Of a stretch of DNA of 64,000 bases, positions 13,938 to 28,210 are shown piece by piece (positions within the stretch are counted from its first letter, which is position 1; the number at the start of each line of letters is the position of its first letter). The stretch spans positions 28,210,001 through 28,274,000 of the forward strand of contig OX597820.1 in the NCBI GenBank assembly GCA_951406725.2, in the 5' to 3' direction. The notes beneath the pieces are model-generated. The model saw only the letters and a program-made list of their open reading frames with translations. It had not been told where the DNA came from and did not search any database. A program made the position numbers and the translations under genes. Source of the stretch: Octopus vulgaris (taxonomy: Eukaryota).

Positions 13938-13940
<3 letters not shown>
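13787..13940 (+). mobile_element. Group B SINE, 5' half only (ends in its internal microsatellite)
   Basis: GGTTCAGTCCCACTGCG..CTTGGGTAAGTGTCTTCTACTATAGCCTCGGGCCGACCAAA..GACGGAAACT. Confidence 0.85.
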
Positions 13941-13985
<45 letters not shown>

Positions 13986-14138
13986 GTGTGTGTGTATATG
14001 TGTGTTTATACATATATATATATATACATACATATATATACACACACACAAACACATACACATACGCATATATATATATATATATATACGAGTAATTTGA
14101 CAAACGAAAGGTCACTCAGTAAATTTATTGGGGGTTAC

Positions 14139-14278
14139 AGTTTGATTAAAATTCGTTGGTACTCCTGAGTTCCAAGCGTGATGCTAGTTATCATTTTATA
14201 TTTGAATCAAATTCAAAATGGCTGATGTCTACTATCACGCTTCAAAACTGAGAGTACCAACGAATTTGAATCAAACTC
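14139..14278. mobile_element. ~140-bp palindromic (MITE-like) element
   Basis: AGTTTGATTAAAATTCGTTGGTACTC...GAGTACCAACGAATTTGAATCAAACT, with inner arms AAGCGTGAT/ATCACGCTT. Confidence 0.7.
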
Positions 14279-14771
14279 CTTTGATCCATATATATAAAAT
14301 TTAATCAACGATATCCATCATTTTAAAGACCTGTCCGCATCCATGTTCCCCGTTTTTAGTCCAGCGTATCTTTGCTTTGCATTTATGGATATGGGTATAT
14401 TATTGCTTATATATGAGAAAAAGAAATCGAAGCAATTGAGATATCTGAGTCTATCAATGTAGCTCCTTTCAATCGAAATCTTGCCTTGATAAAATGTCCA
14501 TTTAGTTATATTGAAATCGAAACGTTAATTTTATTTAACTTAATTTCTCAAATCGAATTAATTGGGCATGGAAACAATTGTAGGTGCTAAAAATTTGCTT
14601 TTCTTTGGAATTAACCATGTTCTAATAAATGGATGTCTATATGACAATTACCCCGTCATCTTGTTCTCATACGTAAACAAATATATATATATAAATATCA
14701 ATGATAAAATGAAAAAATTCTTAAGACATCTTTAATGACTCGCTACAGTTGTTTCTCTTCTTCTTCCGCTT

Positions 14772-14836
<65 letters not shown>

Positions 14837-15309
14837 CATACATTTATATAGACTTATATATGTGTGTGTGCATGTGTATGTACGTGTTTGCATGTGTGTG
14901 TGTACGTGCGTGTGTGTGTGTGTGCGTGTATGTATGCATTTTTCCATGGATTCATATGCATACGCTACTGTATACGTGCGCAAATCTAACTTTTGTTCGG
15001 AGCACGCAATGTCTATCTTATTAGATAATGCCATAGAACCTATTAATGATAATAGACACATTAAAAGTATAGAAAAATATATCGTGTAGCTGAATAAAAT
15101 ATTAATACTTAAATCTAATAAATTTCAAACAGATAAATCATTAAAATATCTTCAATGACTAAATCATCTTTAACAGTTATAAATATAATGGCGTAATGGA
15201 GGTTTCTTTTTCGCTATCGTCTGCCACATAAATAGAGCAAGACGTTCGTATACGTGTACGCTATCGTGATTTATAGCAACTGTATGTATGTATATCATTT
15301 GTGCATGCG

Positions 15310-15341
<32 letters not shown>

Positions 15342-15862
15342 TATATATATAGTTAAGTATATATGTATATATATATTCTATTTATATGAGAGGTGTATAT
15401 GTGTGTGCGTGTGTGTGTGTGCCTACGTGATTTTATATTAGTGTGTGTGTTGGTGTTTCTGTGTATGTATGTGTATGTGCATGTGTATGTACATGTGTGT
15501 GGTGCGTGTGATTATAGGTATGTGTACACATGCATACAGATGCACACGCGCGCACCGATTTAATGTAGCAGATTTAAAGACTGATAAGTGTATTTTATAA
15601 CGAACGACAAGTTTATTGCAAAACTTTACAATCTGTTATTTCTGATTCACCAAAGCTACTGATCCCGTAAGGTAATTTAAAAATTTATGAAAATAACTTT
15701 CATATCAAATAATTTAGGTGGGCTTGCATTTCAAAACGTATGGAGAGAAAATAAACGAAACGTACTAACAAGTTTAAAGGAATAAAATAAATGTATTAAT
15801 ACATCATAATTGTGACAAATGAAAATTTATGTTCTGAAAATACAATAGAAAGAGTATGTATG

Positions 15863-15935
<73 letters not shown>

Positions 15936-16167
15936 GTCTGTGTCTGTGTATGTTTGTGTGTGTGTGTGTGTATGTGTGTGATGTGCGTATATATATATAC
16001 ACAAACGCACACCCACATATTGCTTTATATACTTCTCTTTCTCTCTCCCTTTCTCTCTGTCACTCTCTATATATATACATACATATATACATACATATAT
16101 ATACATATATGCATATAGATAAAAACACACAAATGTATTAATATCTGCATGTATATATATATATATA

Positions 16168-16386
16168 TTTCAGCATGTTTACTTCGTAAAAACCAGTCGC
16201 GTTTTTTTTCCTCCGTTCGCCCACATCGGGATCTTTCTTTCTTCCTTCTCTTATGTTTCCGACGAAGAGCTCCGCTCGAAACGTCATACCCTCCTTCTTC
16301 CCTTTTTCCTGAGCGCCTAATAATAATAATACTTTAATTGTTCCACGTGTTGTTGTTTTTTCTGTTTTCCCGTTTGGATTAACCTT
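16168..16386 (+). mobile_element. Penelope-like pseudo-LTR fragment inserted in (TA)n
   Basis: A ~220-bp unique segment with (TA)n on both sides that carries a hammerhead motif. Confidence 0.6.
16259..16285 (+). ncRNA. Degenerate minimal hammerhead ribozyme
   Basis: CcGACGA-A-GAGC-tcc-GCTC-GAAA-C-GTC: U4 is changed to C, stem II is intact, and stem III is the palindrome ACGT. Confidence 0.6.
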
Positions 16387-17371
16387 ATATATATATATAT
16401 ATGGCGTCACTGACCGAATTTGGTGTTTTCACACCTTTTACCATAAAAGATTTTTCTCCACGGTAACTGCAGTTGAAATATGTGACAATTCTGAGATAGA
16501 ATAACACTGATTACCAAAACACTAGCGTTGCTAGTTTTTTTTATTAGTTTCGTTTATGAACATAAACACTATTGCTTTAACATAACATTCTGTGTTTCAT
16601 TCTTAATGAAGATATATTGTTGAAAGCCCTGAAACTGGCGATATATCTCTCGAGAAAACTTCTCTGCCGGCTAATTGAGACACCTGTCGTTTATTAATCA
16701 CTCTTTTTGTATGTCACCGGAGGCTACATTTCTCTAGAGATTGATTGTTAGGGAATACTTACTCCCGATTATTCTCAAAAAGAGGAAATGCATGTTAGCA
16801 ATTTCACCACTTGTCGGCTGCTACTAATCTATTTCTACATTTTTTAACGCTGTGTGTCTATGTGAGGGGATTTCTTGAGACGAAGACAACAGTTTCAAGG
16901 TTTTCAACTGTATGCTTTGTTTGAATATGATATGCAGTATATCATGCTGATTTAACAATTCTTCCGTTGCTAATAATCAACGTCTTATTGTACATGCATA
17001 TATGTATATGCATGTACACACATGTGTATATTAAGAGAGAGGGAGAGAGAGGGAGAGAGAGACAGAGACACAGACAGACAGACGGAGAGGAAGTTAACAG
17101 ATGAGATCAACAGAATATCTATATGGAGAACACTTAGAAACTCTCAAAATATTTGAATTTTCATTCTGAAATCTTTACGAGTCGGAGGGACAGAGAGAGG
17201 TTATAAGAGGAATCTAAGTGAGCAGATATTTGCATCATTGTCTCTCTCTTTGTAACTGTCTGCCTGTTTGTCTCTCTCTCTTTCTGTCTGTCTGTCTGTC
17301 TGTCTGTTTCTCTCTCTCTCTATCTATCTCTCTCTCTCTTCCTACATATATATATTCTTATACTTTCATTC

Positions 17372-17770
17372 TTATACTTCCTTCAATCATTTAAGTGTGG
17401 CCATTTTGGAACAGAGCCTTTAAGGGTTTTAGTCGAAGCAATCGACCCTAGGACTTATTCTTTCTAAGCCTAGTACTTATTCTATTAGTCTCCTAGGCTG
17501 GACCGCTAAGTTACGGCGATATAAACACATCTGCATCGGTTGTCAAGCGATGACGGCGTTACAAAGACATAAACACATATAAACATGTATATATATATAT
17601 ATACGACGGGTTTCTCTCAGTTTCCGCCTACCAACTCCACTCAGAAGGCTTTGTTGCTTTGGTCCGCTCGAGGCTATAGTAGAAAGCACTTACCCACGGA
17701 GCCTCGCAGTTGAACCGAATGTAGAACCATGTGGTTTGGAAGCAAGCTTCTTACCACAGAGCAACGCCTC
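17372..17770 (-). mobile_element. Group B SINE
   Basis: Reverse-complement match to the group B head, centre and tail. Confidence 0.85.
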
Positions 17771-18681
17771 AATAAATATTTGCCTTATGTGGTATATATA
17801 TCGAAAATTAAAATTAAACTAGATCTTCTTTGAATGGTTAATAAATTAAGTGTTTTGAATTGCTATAAGTGACAATAGCAGTTTCTCTCTAATCATATCT
17901 AACTTCCTTCGTCTGTGATTAAATAGAGGAAAAGAATCGGCGTTAAAGCATGACCGCACACTACTCGTTAAAATATGTGTGGCCATTAAACAAACACACA
18001 CACATAACTTTATTTATGCAAATATCTGTCTGGCCTTCTATCAGGATTGCTATCTATATCATTCTGTCTATGTGTCTGAGATAAGGTTAGCCGTTGGAAC
18101 AAAGGAATCAATTATGTTAAATGTAAATATGGAAATGAGAATTTAAAATAAAACTGTTATTAGGAATTAAAATACGAATGGTGATAACAAGAGAAAACAA
18201 AGTGCGAAATAAGATAATGAATCAAAGCTGAACAAATAATTACGAAAGAAAACACTGTAAAACACAAAATATCAACAACAATAAGATGTCTAAATTATCA
18301 GAAACAATTGTAATATATATATATATCGTATCTTTCTATTATTATCTATATCTGTCTATACATAAATATATATAATATACACACATATTATATGTGTGTG
18401 CGTGCATGTGTATGTGTGTATATGTGTTTGTGTGTATATGTGTTTGTGTGTATATACATATAGATACACACACACACACACAGAGAGATATATGTATCTA
18501 TATAAAGTATGTTAAATAGGCTATAGTGCATATAAGAACATGAAACACTCGAACGAACATACGTGATAACATGAAAGTATAAAATATTTATCTTTCATCT
18601 TTTACTCCACAACATAAATATTACAAAGAAACTTTTTCATGCTGTTTGAGTAAGCTGTTAGTTGAAATTAACACACACACG

Positions 18682-18721
<40 letters not shown>

Positions 18722-19064
18722 CATGTATACATATGAATATGTGGGCATACATATATTGTTGTTACACATATACTTGCATGTTTAATATTTCTTTCTATAG
18801 TTATATTATACATTGAATTTTCGTTGCTTCACTCTTATTTCATTAATAAGCATTTATTAATTTTCATACATTTAATTTTCGGCTGGTTTTTCACATTCAT
18901 TCATTTTAGTATTAATAGCATTAGTTTCATTATTAGTAGTAGTATTATAATTGTTGTTGCTTTTGTTGTTGTTGTTGTTGTTAGGGTGGTGGTGGTGGTG
19001 GTGGCTGTTGATAGTAGTATTGCACTTCTTTTATAGTTATATTTTACTTACCTATATTCTATCA

Positions 19065-19106
<42 letters not shown>

Positions 19107-19365
19107 ATGTGTGTGTGTGTATGTGTGTGTGTATGTGTTTGTGTGTATATATATATATATATATATACATATATATACATATATATATATATACATAAAT
19201 ATGTATATATGCATATATATACATATACAAATATATATATACATATATACATACACACGTCCAGAGACAGAGTGTTTAAGAATTAATAAACAAATGTATG
19301 CGTATCTCTTTGAGATAAGCTTATAGAGGGATAATTTTGTATACTTCGTGCAGTATTACAAACAA

Positions 19366-19401
<36 letters not shown>

Positions 19402-19407
<6 letters not shown>

Positions 19408-19992
19408 CAGACAAGAAGGTAATATCTCAAACGCAGTGTAGCCATGAAAACAGCAGAACGATCGAGTACTATAATCCTTATAAAACTGAAAAACAGTTGC
19501 CAACAGACAGCCATAGGACTCAAACCCGCACCCATCGCATACCGGCTGGATACTCTGGGATTAAGCGAAACTGCCCACTGATCGAAATATCCGTCAAATT
19601 AAGCGCTAAATACCTGGTATTTTGGAATGCAGCAAATATGCAAACAAACTTATATTTTGTTTTTAGAAGCGTCATACGTGTATTGTATTATACAGACAAA
19701 AAGGTAATATTTCGAATCATATTTTTACCCTTCTAAGAGTAGTAGGGCAGTAATATAATTGCTGCCAGTGGCCAGTTTAGCTTAAGAGTAAGGTACTCGC
19801 CCGATACCTGAGAAGTGCGGTCCCGAGGCTGTCTGTCGACAACATTTTTATCTCCTACTGCTAATAATAGCCGATCTTTGTGCTGATTAGACGGCTATAC
19901 TGCGTTCAAAATATTGCCTTCTTGCATGTATGTTACTCATTCGACGCTTCTAGAAACAAAATATAAGTTGGTTTACATATGGTGTTGGCGTA
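19402..19992. mobile_element. Fold-back element with divergent tRNA-like arms, inside (TA)n
   Basis: 19408-19580 and 19636-19715 are inverted relative to 19766-19980 (e.g. ACTTATATTTTGTTTTTAGAAGCGTC vs GACGCTTCTAGAAACAAAATATAAGT). Minus strand 19575-19506 has an acceptor-like GGCAGTT/GGCTGTC pairing and B-box-like GGTTTGAGTCC. Confidence 0.6.
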
Positions 19993-20660
<668 letters not shown>

Positions 20661-20925
20661 ATGTATATATAATGTGTTTGTGGAAATATAGGCGAGTAAG
20701 TGAATAGAAACAGGTGTGAATATAGGTAATTAATAACAGACACAAAACATTGCGAACAAAATTTCCACAGAATAATATCAAAATAGATGCATAATTATAA
20801 AGGCTCATAAATAGATGGATATCAATATAAGTAAAGACAAAAATTCATAGACAAATAAGTATAAAACTAAAAAATGAAATATCATAAAACACGAAGACAA
20901 GCACCACTTACACGTAGGCAGAAAA

Positions 20926-20975
<50 letters not shown>

Positions 20976-21298
20976 TGTCACATCAATGCATGCTTATAGA
21001 GATAGACAGATGTATCGTTAGAATTACAGTCTATTGTCGTATTTGTTTACGAAACAAATAAATATCAATACTTCCCGGTGTAATGTGCGTGTGTGAGTTC
21101 CTATCTACATATGAGTGTTGATTTGATCTCTTATTGGCAGGAATTCATATGCATGCGTGCATACATACATACATAATACATACATACAAACATACATATA
21201 TATTATATATATATAATCAATATTATATATATAAATATATATATATATATATGTATGTATACATACACAAACACTATATATATATATATATATATATA

Positions 21299-21569
<271 letters not shown>

Positions 21570-22639
21570 TTATTTGCTATAAATAACGTTAAATTTTTAT
21601 GTTAAATATCAGAATGCCATCTGTTTTGTATTAAATATCAGAACGCCATGTGTTAAATATCAGTAAACAAATACGTGATGAGCGATGAATAATAATAGTG
21701 AGTAACTTCAGGATGACAGTAAATAAAATAATATAGCTTCTTAGCAGTGATTTATTTCTGTTCACTTATTTTTTATTTAATAAATAGAATATGATATTTC
21801 TTCTTTGTTTCTCTGTGTGTGTTTTTTTTTTTTTTCATAATTTTATTTGTTTATTTATTGTGAACATATTGTGTCATAATGTCTAAATACATTTCTAGAG
21901 AAAACGTTCCATACGAAAAATATCATTTCGGGCATGCATGAAACTTATCAAATTTTCAGACATCTTACATATGCGTTTAGTTATAGGTTATTTTTAGTTG
22001 TTTCCATGTAGCAGGCATTTGTGCCGTTTCATTCATAATACGTTATTCAGTTTGTTATCTTTACGTTATGAAATATAATTCGAACGTTTTTTCTTTTACA
22101 AATCTATATAATATTATTTTATATTATTTATTGAATCATTTTATTGTGAATTCTTTCATTAAACTTGTTTATATGCTATTTATCCGGTTAATTTATTTTC
22201 TAAGACATATATGTAATAGATATTAATTTGTTTGTCTTATTTCCTTGAACATGAGTCGGGGACGTTAGTTAAAAGGTATATTTTGCCACTTGTCTAAACT
22301 CGCTCCAGTTGTAGATTAGTTTCATGTTTGGAATATATTATAGAATGGAAAATGTACATCTGTTAGTCTATGTTCATTAATTAATCTTTATGATTGAAGT
22401 TCTAGGTTTGCTACCCTTTTGATGTTATTAAAATGTTACATATCAGTAGTTCTGTTGGATTTGCTTTATATGTTTACTTCGCTATTACTATTTTGTAAAA
22501 CTGCTTATTTTTCAAATCATAATGTCCTATGTAGGAGGAATTCTTCGTTATATAGATGTTGTTTTGTGAATTATAGCTTGGTGGCTATAAGTTAATAGTA
22601 TTTCATAGTCGTTTATTTAATGTTGTTACTTTAATAATA

Positions 22640-22909
22640 GCAGATTTTGTTGTCTGGGAGAGTCATTTTGTTTTTGTGCCTTATAATGTAACACACTCAC
22701 CGGTAAAATTTTCACTTATTTCAAGGCTTATTTCAAGACTATTGAAAAGGTTGCAAGACGCAACGAAAGTTTTAGGAAAGAAAAATAGAAATAAAAAATG
22801 AGTGGAAATAAAAATAGAAATAAGAAACAAGTGGAAATTATACCGGTGAGCGTGTTACATTATAAGGCACAAAAAGAAAATAACTCTCCCAAAACACAAC
22901 AGAATATGC
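22640..22909. mobile_element. Inverted-repeat element (Penelope pLTR-like) enclosing a hammerhead-like motif
   Basis: ~80-bp arms at 22640-22718 and 22829-22909 (TTTTTGTGCCTTATAATGTAACAC..CACCGGTA). The spacer holds TTGAAAA-G-GTTGC-aagac-GCAAC-GAAA at 22742-22768. Confidence 0.7.
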
Positions 22910-22989
22910 TTCAACATACGAACTCTTATAAAGAAACTTGCAAACCAAATCCAAAAACGAAATAATAATAGCAGGTTTTTGGAATAATG

Positions 22990-23475
22990 GGCATATTATG
23001 CTGTTTCACGCATGCTTTCGTCCGTTGCCATTCTGCGCTTTAAAAAAAGATCGTTTTCTTCATGCACCTGTAAAGAATCTCAGATGGGCATTGGTTGGAC
23101 TTGGTTCTCTTTATTCCATTGTTGTGGGACTCAAAAACCGAACCTGCAGACGTAGTCAAATAGATGCCGTTGATTTTCAACACTTGATTTGACGCTTTGA
23201 AAAATATCTGTGTTCTTCGTCGTCGTATAACGGTGGTTAGTCTCGACTAACTCTTTCACTTTCTCGCTGTTAATCTCAGTTGGTCAGCCAAAATGAATGC
23301 ATCTTGAATGGAACAAATTCTCGATCGAAATTTTGAGAACCACTTTTGGCACACATGCTCCACACACGTAAGAGCAACACTTCCGTATACAACAACACGT
23401 CTTTCTCTTTTATCTTAATTTTGAAAAATAAAAGAAGTATAAATAAACCGCATTATTTATGGGAGGACCCAATAT
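22990..23475 (-). mobile_element. Highly decayed mariner transposase relic
   Basis: Minus strand gives EHVCQKWFSKFRS..., a WVP-like *VPQQ, and ENDLFLKRRMATDES (FL.RI.T.DE motif). Confidence 0.6.
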
Positions 23476-23544
23476 ATCTCTGTGGAATTGTTAAGATTCA
23501 ATATTCCTCGCTATCTTTAATTAATCTTTCAAAATGTTGCTCGT

Positions 23545-23632
23545 GATAGATAGTAGATAGATAGATAGTAGAAAGTGGACCGGCTAGCTGGCTGTATGCA
23601 TGGATGGATGGATGGATGGATAGATACATACG

Positions 23633-23725
<93 letters not shown>

Positions 23726-23820
23726 GAATAGATAGATACGTAGATAGACAGACAGATAGACAGACAGACAGACGGACGGACGGACGGACGGACGGACGGA
23801 TGGATGGATGGATGGATGTG
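23545..23820. repeat. Compound tetranucleotide microsatellite (GGAT)/(GATA)/(GACA)/(GGAC)
   Basis: Read directly. Confidence 0.95.
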
Positions 23821-23964
23821 TTTGGGTAACATTCTCTCGTAGTCCGAGAAGGACGTTTCTGCAATTCCTTGCTGATTGTCCGGCACAAAGGATTTGTATA
23901 TATTGATCGAATGCATATGCTTACGTTAGCAAACTCCCTGTATTCACTCGACGTTGTAGCACAC

Positions 23965-24105
23965 GTCACGTGTTAAGGTGAATGCAGAGCAACGTGGAAT
24001 GAAGGGTTTTTCTCAAGAACGATACTCACCAAACGTCCAGGGATAGAAACCATGATTTTACGATCCTGAGTACAACAAACTAACCACTGGAACATGCAGC
24101 CTCAG
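23965..24105 (-). mobile_element. Group C SINE head + centre Y fragment, diverged
   Basis: GAGCAACGTGGAATGAAGGGTTTTTCTCAAGAAC..GATAGAAACCATGAT..ACGATC..CTAACCACT resembles 46875-46999. Confidence 0.6.
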
Positions 24106-25225
24106 AGAGATGGGTTGATTGATGGATAAATAGAGAAATAAATTAGAGTATAGAAGGAATCGCATTTAGATAATTAAATCGTAATTGCATAGATATGCAG
24201 CATGAGAAACGTATCCTTACCTTGAACTATTGTGAGCTTACTACTATGAGAATTGATATTAATAACACAATTAATATGATTTGATTTTCCGTTTCGTATC
24301 GTATTTGCTAAACATTCTTTGTTTAATTGCTTCAACAGCAAAAGCAATCAGACTCTAAATCAACCTTTAGTTACAGTTTAGCTAATGAATAGTCGTTTCT
24401 ATGTTCTAATCTTCTCTCAATATTATCCATTTAATGATATTAATAGTTCAAAGTCAGAAGACTAAATGAGTTAAAATGCTTAATTTTTACTCACTAATCT
24501 TTAGGTCAACATTAAGTGTGAATAAATGACACTAAGTTATAAATACTTGCCAAAATTGTGATGAGTTACTACATAATGTATAACATATTGATTTTAGATG
24601 TTTGCCAAATAATTCTTCCCAGTAATTAGAACATTACTAACGATTATTCTTAAGAGCTGTAAGACTGATAATGTCCTTTTAAGATATAATGATCCGATAT
24701 ATGTGTGATCTGTTATGCTGATTTCAGGGTATCAAAAACGGAAATTGTAACATGAAAGCAAAAACCGAATAAAAAACATGATACTGCAGTTATAAAAGAA
24801 ACAGTTTTAGAATGGGGCATGTGTAATACTCACCGTTAAATTCATATACATATACACAAAACTTGCAGTGTTGTAGTTCAGATTCACTTCAACAGCTCAC
24901 ATACATCACGTGAACTGAGAAATCAATTGGGGAGCCAATATTTGTTAGTAAGGGGACAAAGTAATCTGAAGTTTAAGAATCTGAAATTAATAAAAAAAAA
25001 AAGAAGACCAACTTTTAGAATGCTGTTGACCAGAAGATGTTCCTGTGATTATTGGGTTGGCAACATGTGTTTTGTTGTCCTATTGGTTCCTAAATATGCA
25101 CACGCACGCATACGAAGGCACACACACACGCACGCATACGAAGGCGCACACACGCACACATATATGCGTATATATATAAGGTATTTCTGGCGAAATACAT
25201 ACATATACATACATATATATATATA

Positions 25226-25508
25226 TTAGCAGTATCGCCCGGCGTTGCTCGGGTTTGTAAGGGAAATAACTATATAAGCATTTTTAGAGAGTTACTTCCC
25301 TTATATAATAGCGAAAAATGCATTAAAATGGAAAAAAATGATGGTAGTTTTTTTTTTAAATCGTAGACTCATCGTAGACGCGCGCTAATACCCAGAAGGG
25401 CTCGATATGAATCACGACTATAAGATACCCGCTTTTGGCTAAACTGCACCGCAAAATGTGGGAGTAGTTGGGAATCTAAATCGTAGGAGACAGACACCAC
25501 ACAACTTT

Positions 25509-25525
<17 letters not shown>
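25226..25525 (-). mobile_element. Non-autonomous Helitron
   Basis: The minus-strand 3' end is the hairpin CCCGAGCAACGCCGGG followed by CGATACTGCTAA|T (CTRR), near-identical to 60335-60363. The 5' end lies in a TA tract. Confidence 0.8.
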
Positions 25526-25558
<33 letters not shown>

Positions 25559-25778
25559 CTAAATTTATGTATGCGTACGTGCGTGTTAGTGACTCATTTA
25601 TATATTATATATTATAATGAACTTGAATTGGAAAATAAATGAAATACATTATAAGTCTGGAGCTTGTCTTTAATGTGAACTTATGAATGCATAGCACATG
25701 CTTTGATCTTCTTAGATATCACACTGCTGCATGCATATATACATAAGAAAAAATATATATACATATTATATATACTTT

Positions 25779-25812
<34 letters not shown>

Positions 25813-25836
25813 GTGTGTGCCTGTGTATCTTTTCTT

Positions 25837-25868
<32 letters not shown>

Positions 25869-26899
25869 AGTATATTTGTATTTGTGGGAGGGGAGTGAAA
25901 AAGTTATCTCATAAAGCAGGAGAAAACGAGTTTATATAATATGTAAAAGAATCCAAAATTTCATTTTTTATGAATTCTACATTGAAGTTCATATTTCTGT
26001 TATTCACGTGACAGTAACTGAAAAATGAATCTACGTTTATATACATAAGATCTGATGAAACAAAATTGTAATTTGACTGGGCGTTAGGATTGTATAGAAG
26101 TAGAAATGATATATATAATACAATTTTGAATAGATAATATTAAAAAGATAGAGCAATGTGAAAGAGAGAAAAAAATATGAGATGAATAGAAAGAATAAGA
26201 AACGAATATGAAAAAAGTAAAGAATAAAGTTTAGAACGATCATATGATATATTGATTTCAAAAATCTCTATTTTGATGATATATGTTATGGAAAAATAAA
26301 CGTAAGTAGGCAAAGATAAAGTAAAAAAAAACAGCGATGCAAAGTGAAAGGAATGCTTCGTTTACATTGTATATAACTTTAAGAAAACATATAGAAACTT
26401 ATGCAACTTCTATTTTTTTTTAAATGATTGAAGAATACTGATAAAATAAGATTAGGTTAAAAAAGAGAATAAAGAAACTGTATTGAAGTTTACACCGTTC
26501 GTATATTTTGATATAGAGAGGTTATATAAACAGTAATTGTGTGGCATTAAATATAAACTTATAAAGCTATACCATTATTAATATATGATTGTTCAACTAT
26601 ATGGAGAAGAGAATATATCTGTATTGGATTTGAATATATAGATAATAATTTGTGGTAAATAGATTTGGAGTGTTTCAGTAGAATCCATGGGTTGTGTCGG
26701 CAAAATGAAATTAATTCAGCTCGTATTGGATTTAATTTCAGTAAAGCTTAGAATAATGTTTCTCTGAAATGGGTAATTATCAAGGATTGATATGCATGGT
26801 CTCCGACTTCTCATTTGATGTTGAAGTCTCTACGGCTCTTCTTAAAATCCAATATCATAACTGGCCTTGTCGAAGTTATGAATGTACCACATCCGTATG

Positions 26900-27072
26900 T
26901 TCATTGTCTCTCAATTTGTATGGCTTAACTGTTGATCCTCAAGGTTCTACAGAAATTTTATCCCTAAGGGTTGCTCATTTGTTCTCTCAATTTGTACGAT
27001 TTAACTGTTGATCCTCAAGCTTCTACAGACATTTTATCATTAAGGGTTGATCATTTCTTCTCTCAATATGTG
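26900..27072. repeat. 76-bp tandem repeat, about 2.2 copies
   Basis: TCTCTCAA recurs at 26907, 26983 and 27059; the units share TTAACTGTTGATCCTCAAG.TTCTACAGA.ATTTTATC..TAAGGGTTG. Confidence 0.9.
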
Positions 27073-27130
27073 CACTTTTATACATTTAGATAGGATCAAG
27101 TGTAACGGGAAATTCAGGATATTTGCAGTT

Positions 27131-27362
27131 ACTCTTTTACTCTTTTATTTGTTTAAGCCATTTGACTGTGGCCATGCTGGAGCATCGCCTTTAATCGAAC
27201 AAATCGACCCCAGGACTTATTCTTTGTAAGCCTAGTACTTATTGTATCGGTCTCTTTTGCCGAATCGCTAAGTTACGGTGACGTAAACACATCAACATCG
27301 GTTGTCAATAGATGTGCGATGTTGGGGGGAACAAACACAAACATACAAACACATACACTCAC

Positions 27363-27419
<57 letters not shown>

Positions 27420-27568
27420 CATATATACGTCTAGCAAATCCATTCACATGGTTTTGGTCGTCCCGAGGCTATAGTAGAAGACACTTGCCCAGTGTGCCAC
27501 ATAGTAGGACTGAACCAGGAACCATGTAGTTGGTAAGCAAGCTACTTACCACACAGCCACTCCTATGC
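27131..27568 (-). mobile_element. Group B SINE with internal (TA)n
   Basis: Reverse-complement match over the full length. Confidence 0.9.
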
Positions 27569-27594
27569 AGTTGTTATTAGAAATACATTTAGTA

Positions 27595-27760
27595 AGGCTG
27601 CGAGTTAGTAGAGTCGCTAGGATGCAGGGCGAAATTCTCCGTGGCATTTCATGCGTCTTTAGGTTCTGAGTTCAGATTCTGCCGAGGTCGACTTGCCCTT
27701 CATCACTTCAGAGTTGATATAAAAATACAAGTTGAGTACTATGATCGATGTAATCGATTT
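27595..27760 (+). mobile_element. Group A SINE, 3'-truncated
   Basis: GGCTGCGAGTTAGTAGAG..GTTCTGAGTTCAGATTCTGCCGAGGTCGACTTGCCCTTCATC. Confidence 0.75.
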
Positions 27761-27761
27761 A

Positions 27762-28210
27762 TGATGAATTTGGTAGACGGAAATTGAAAGAAGCCGGTCG
27801 TATGTATGAATGTATGTATGTATGTATGTATGTATGTATGTATGTATGTATGTATGTATGTATGTATGTATGTATGTATGTATGTATGTGTGTATGTATG
27901 TATGTATGTATGTATGTTTGTGTGTCTGTGTTTGTCCCCCCAACATCAATTGACAACCAATGTTGGTGCGTTTACGTCCCCGTAACTTGGCGGTTCGGAA
28001 AAAGAGACAGATAGAATAAGTACTGGGCTCACAAAGAGTAAGTCCTGGGGTCGATGTGCTCGACTAAAGGCGGTGCTCCAGCGTGGCCACAGTCAAATGA
28101 CTGAAACAAGTAAAAGAGTAAAAGAGTATTTGTTCGCCTAAAGGCTTCAGGTCAGTACCCGGGCATGACCGCAGTCTAATGAATGAAACAAGTAAAAGAA
28201 TAAAAAGATA
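27762..28210 (+). mobile_element. Group B SINE 3' part with (TATG)n, plus a second tail copy
   Basis: TTTGGTAGACGGAAATTGAAAGAAGCCGGTCG...GGCGGTGCTCCAGCGTGGCCACAGTCAAATGACTGAAACAAGTAAAAGAG; a second tail occurs at about 28140-28210. Confidence 0.85.

Noticed and set aside
15580-15612. CTGATAAG..GAAC and other isolated CTGATGA matches (26051, 45508, 50054) as hammerheads
   Set aside because: No stem II plus GAAA in the correct register.
21850-22640. Strand-biased AT-rich stretch as a decayed retroelement ORF (also 26030-26760)
   Set aside because: No recognisable motif in any frame.
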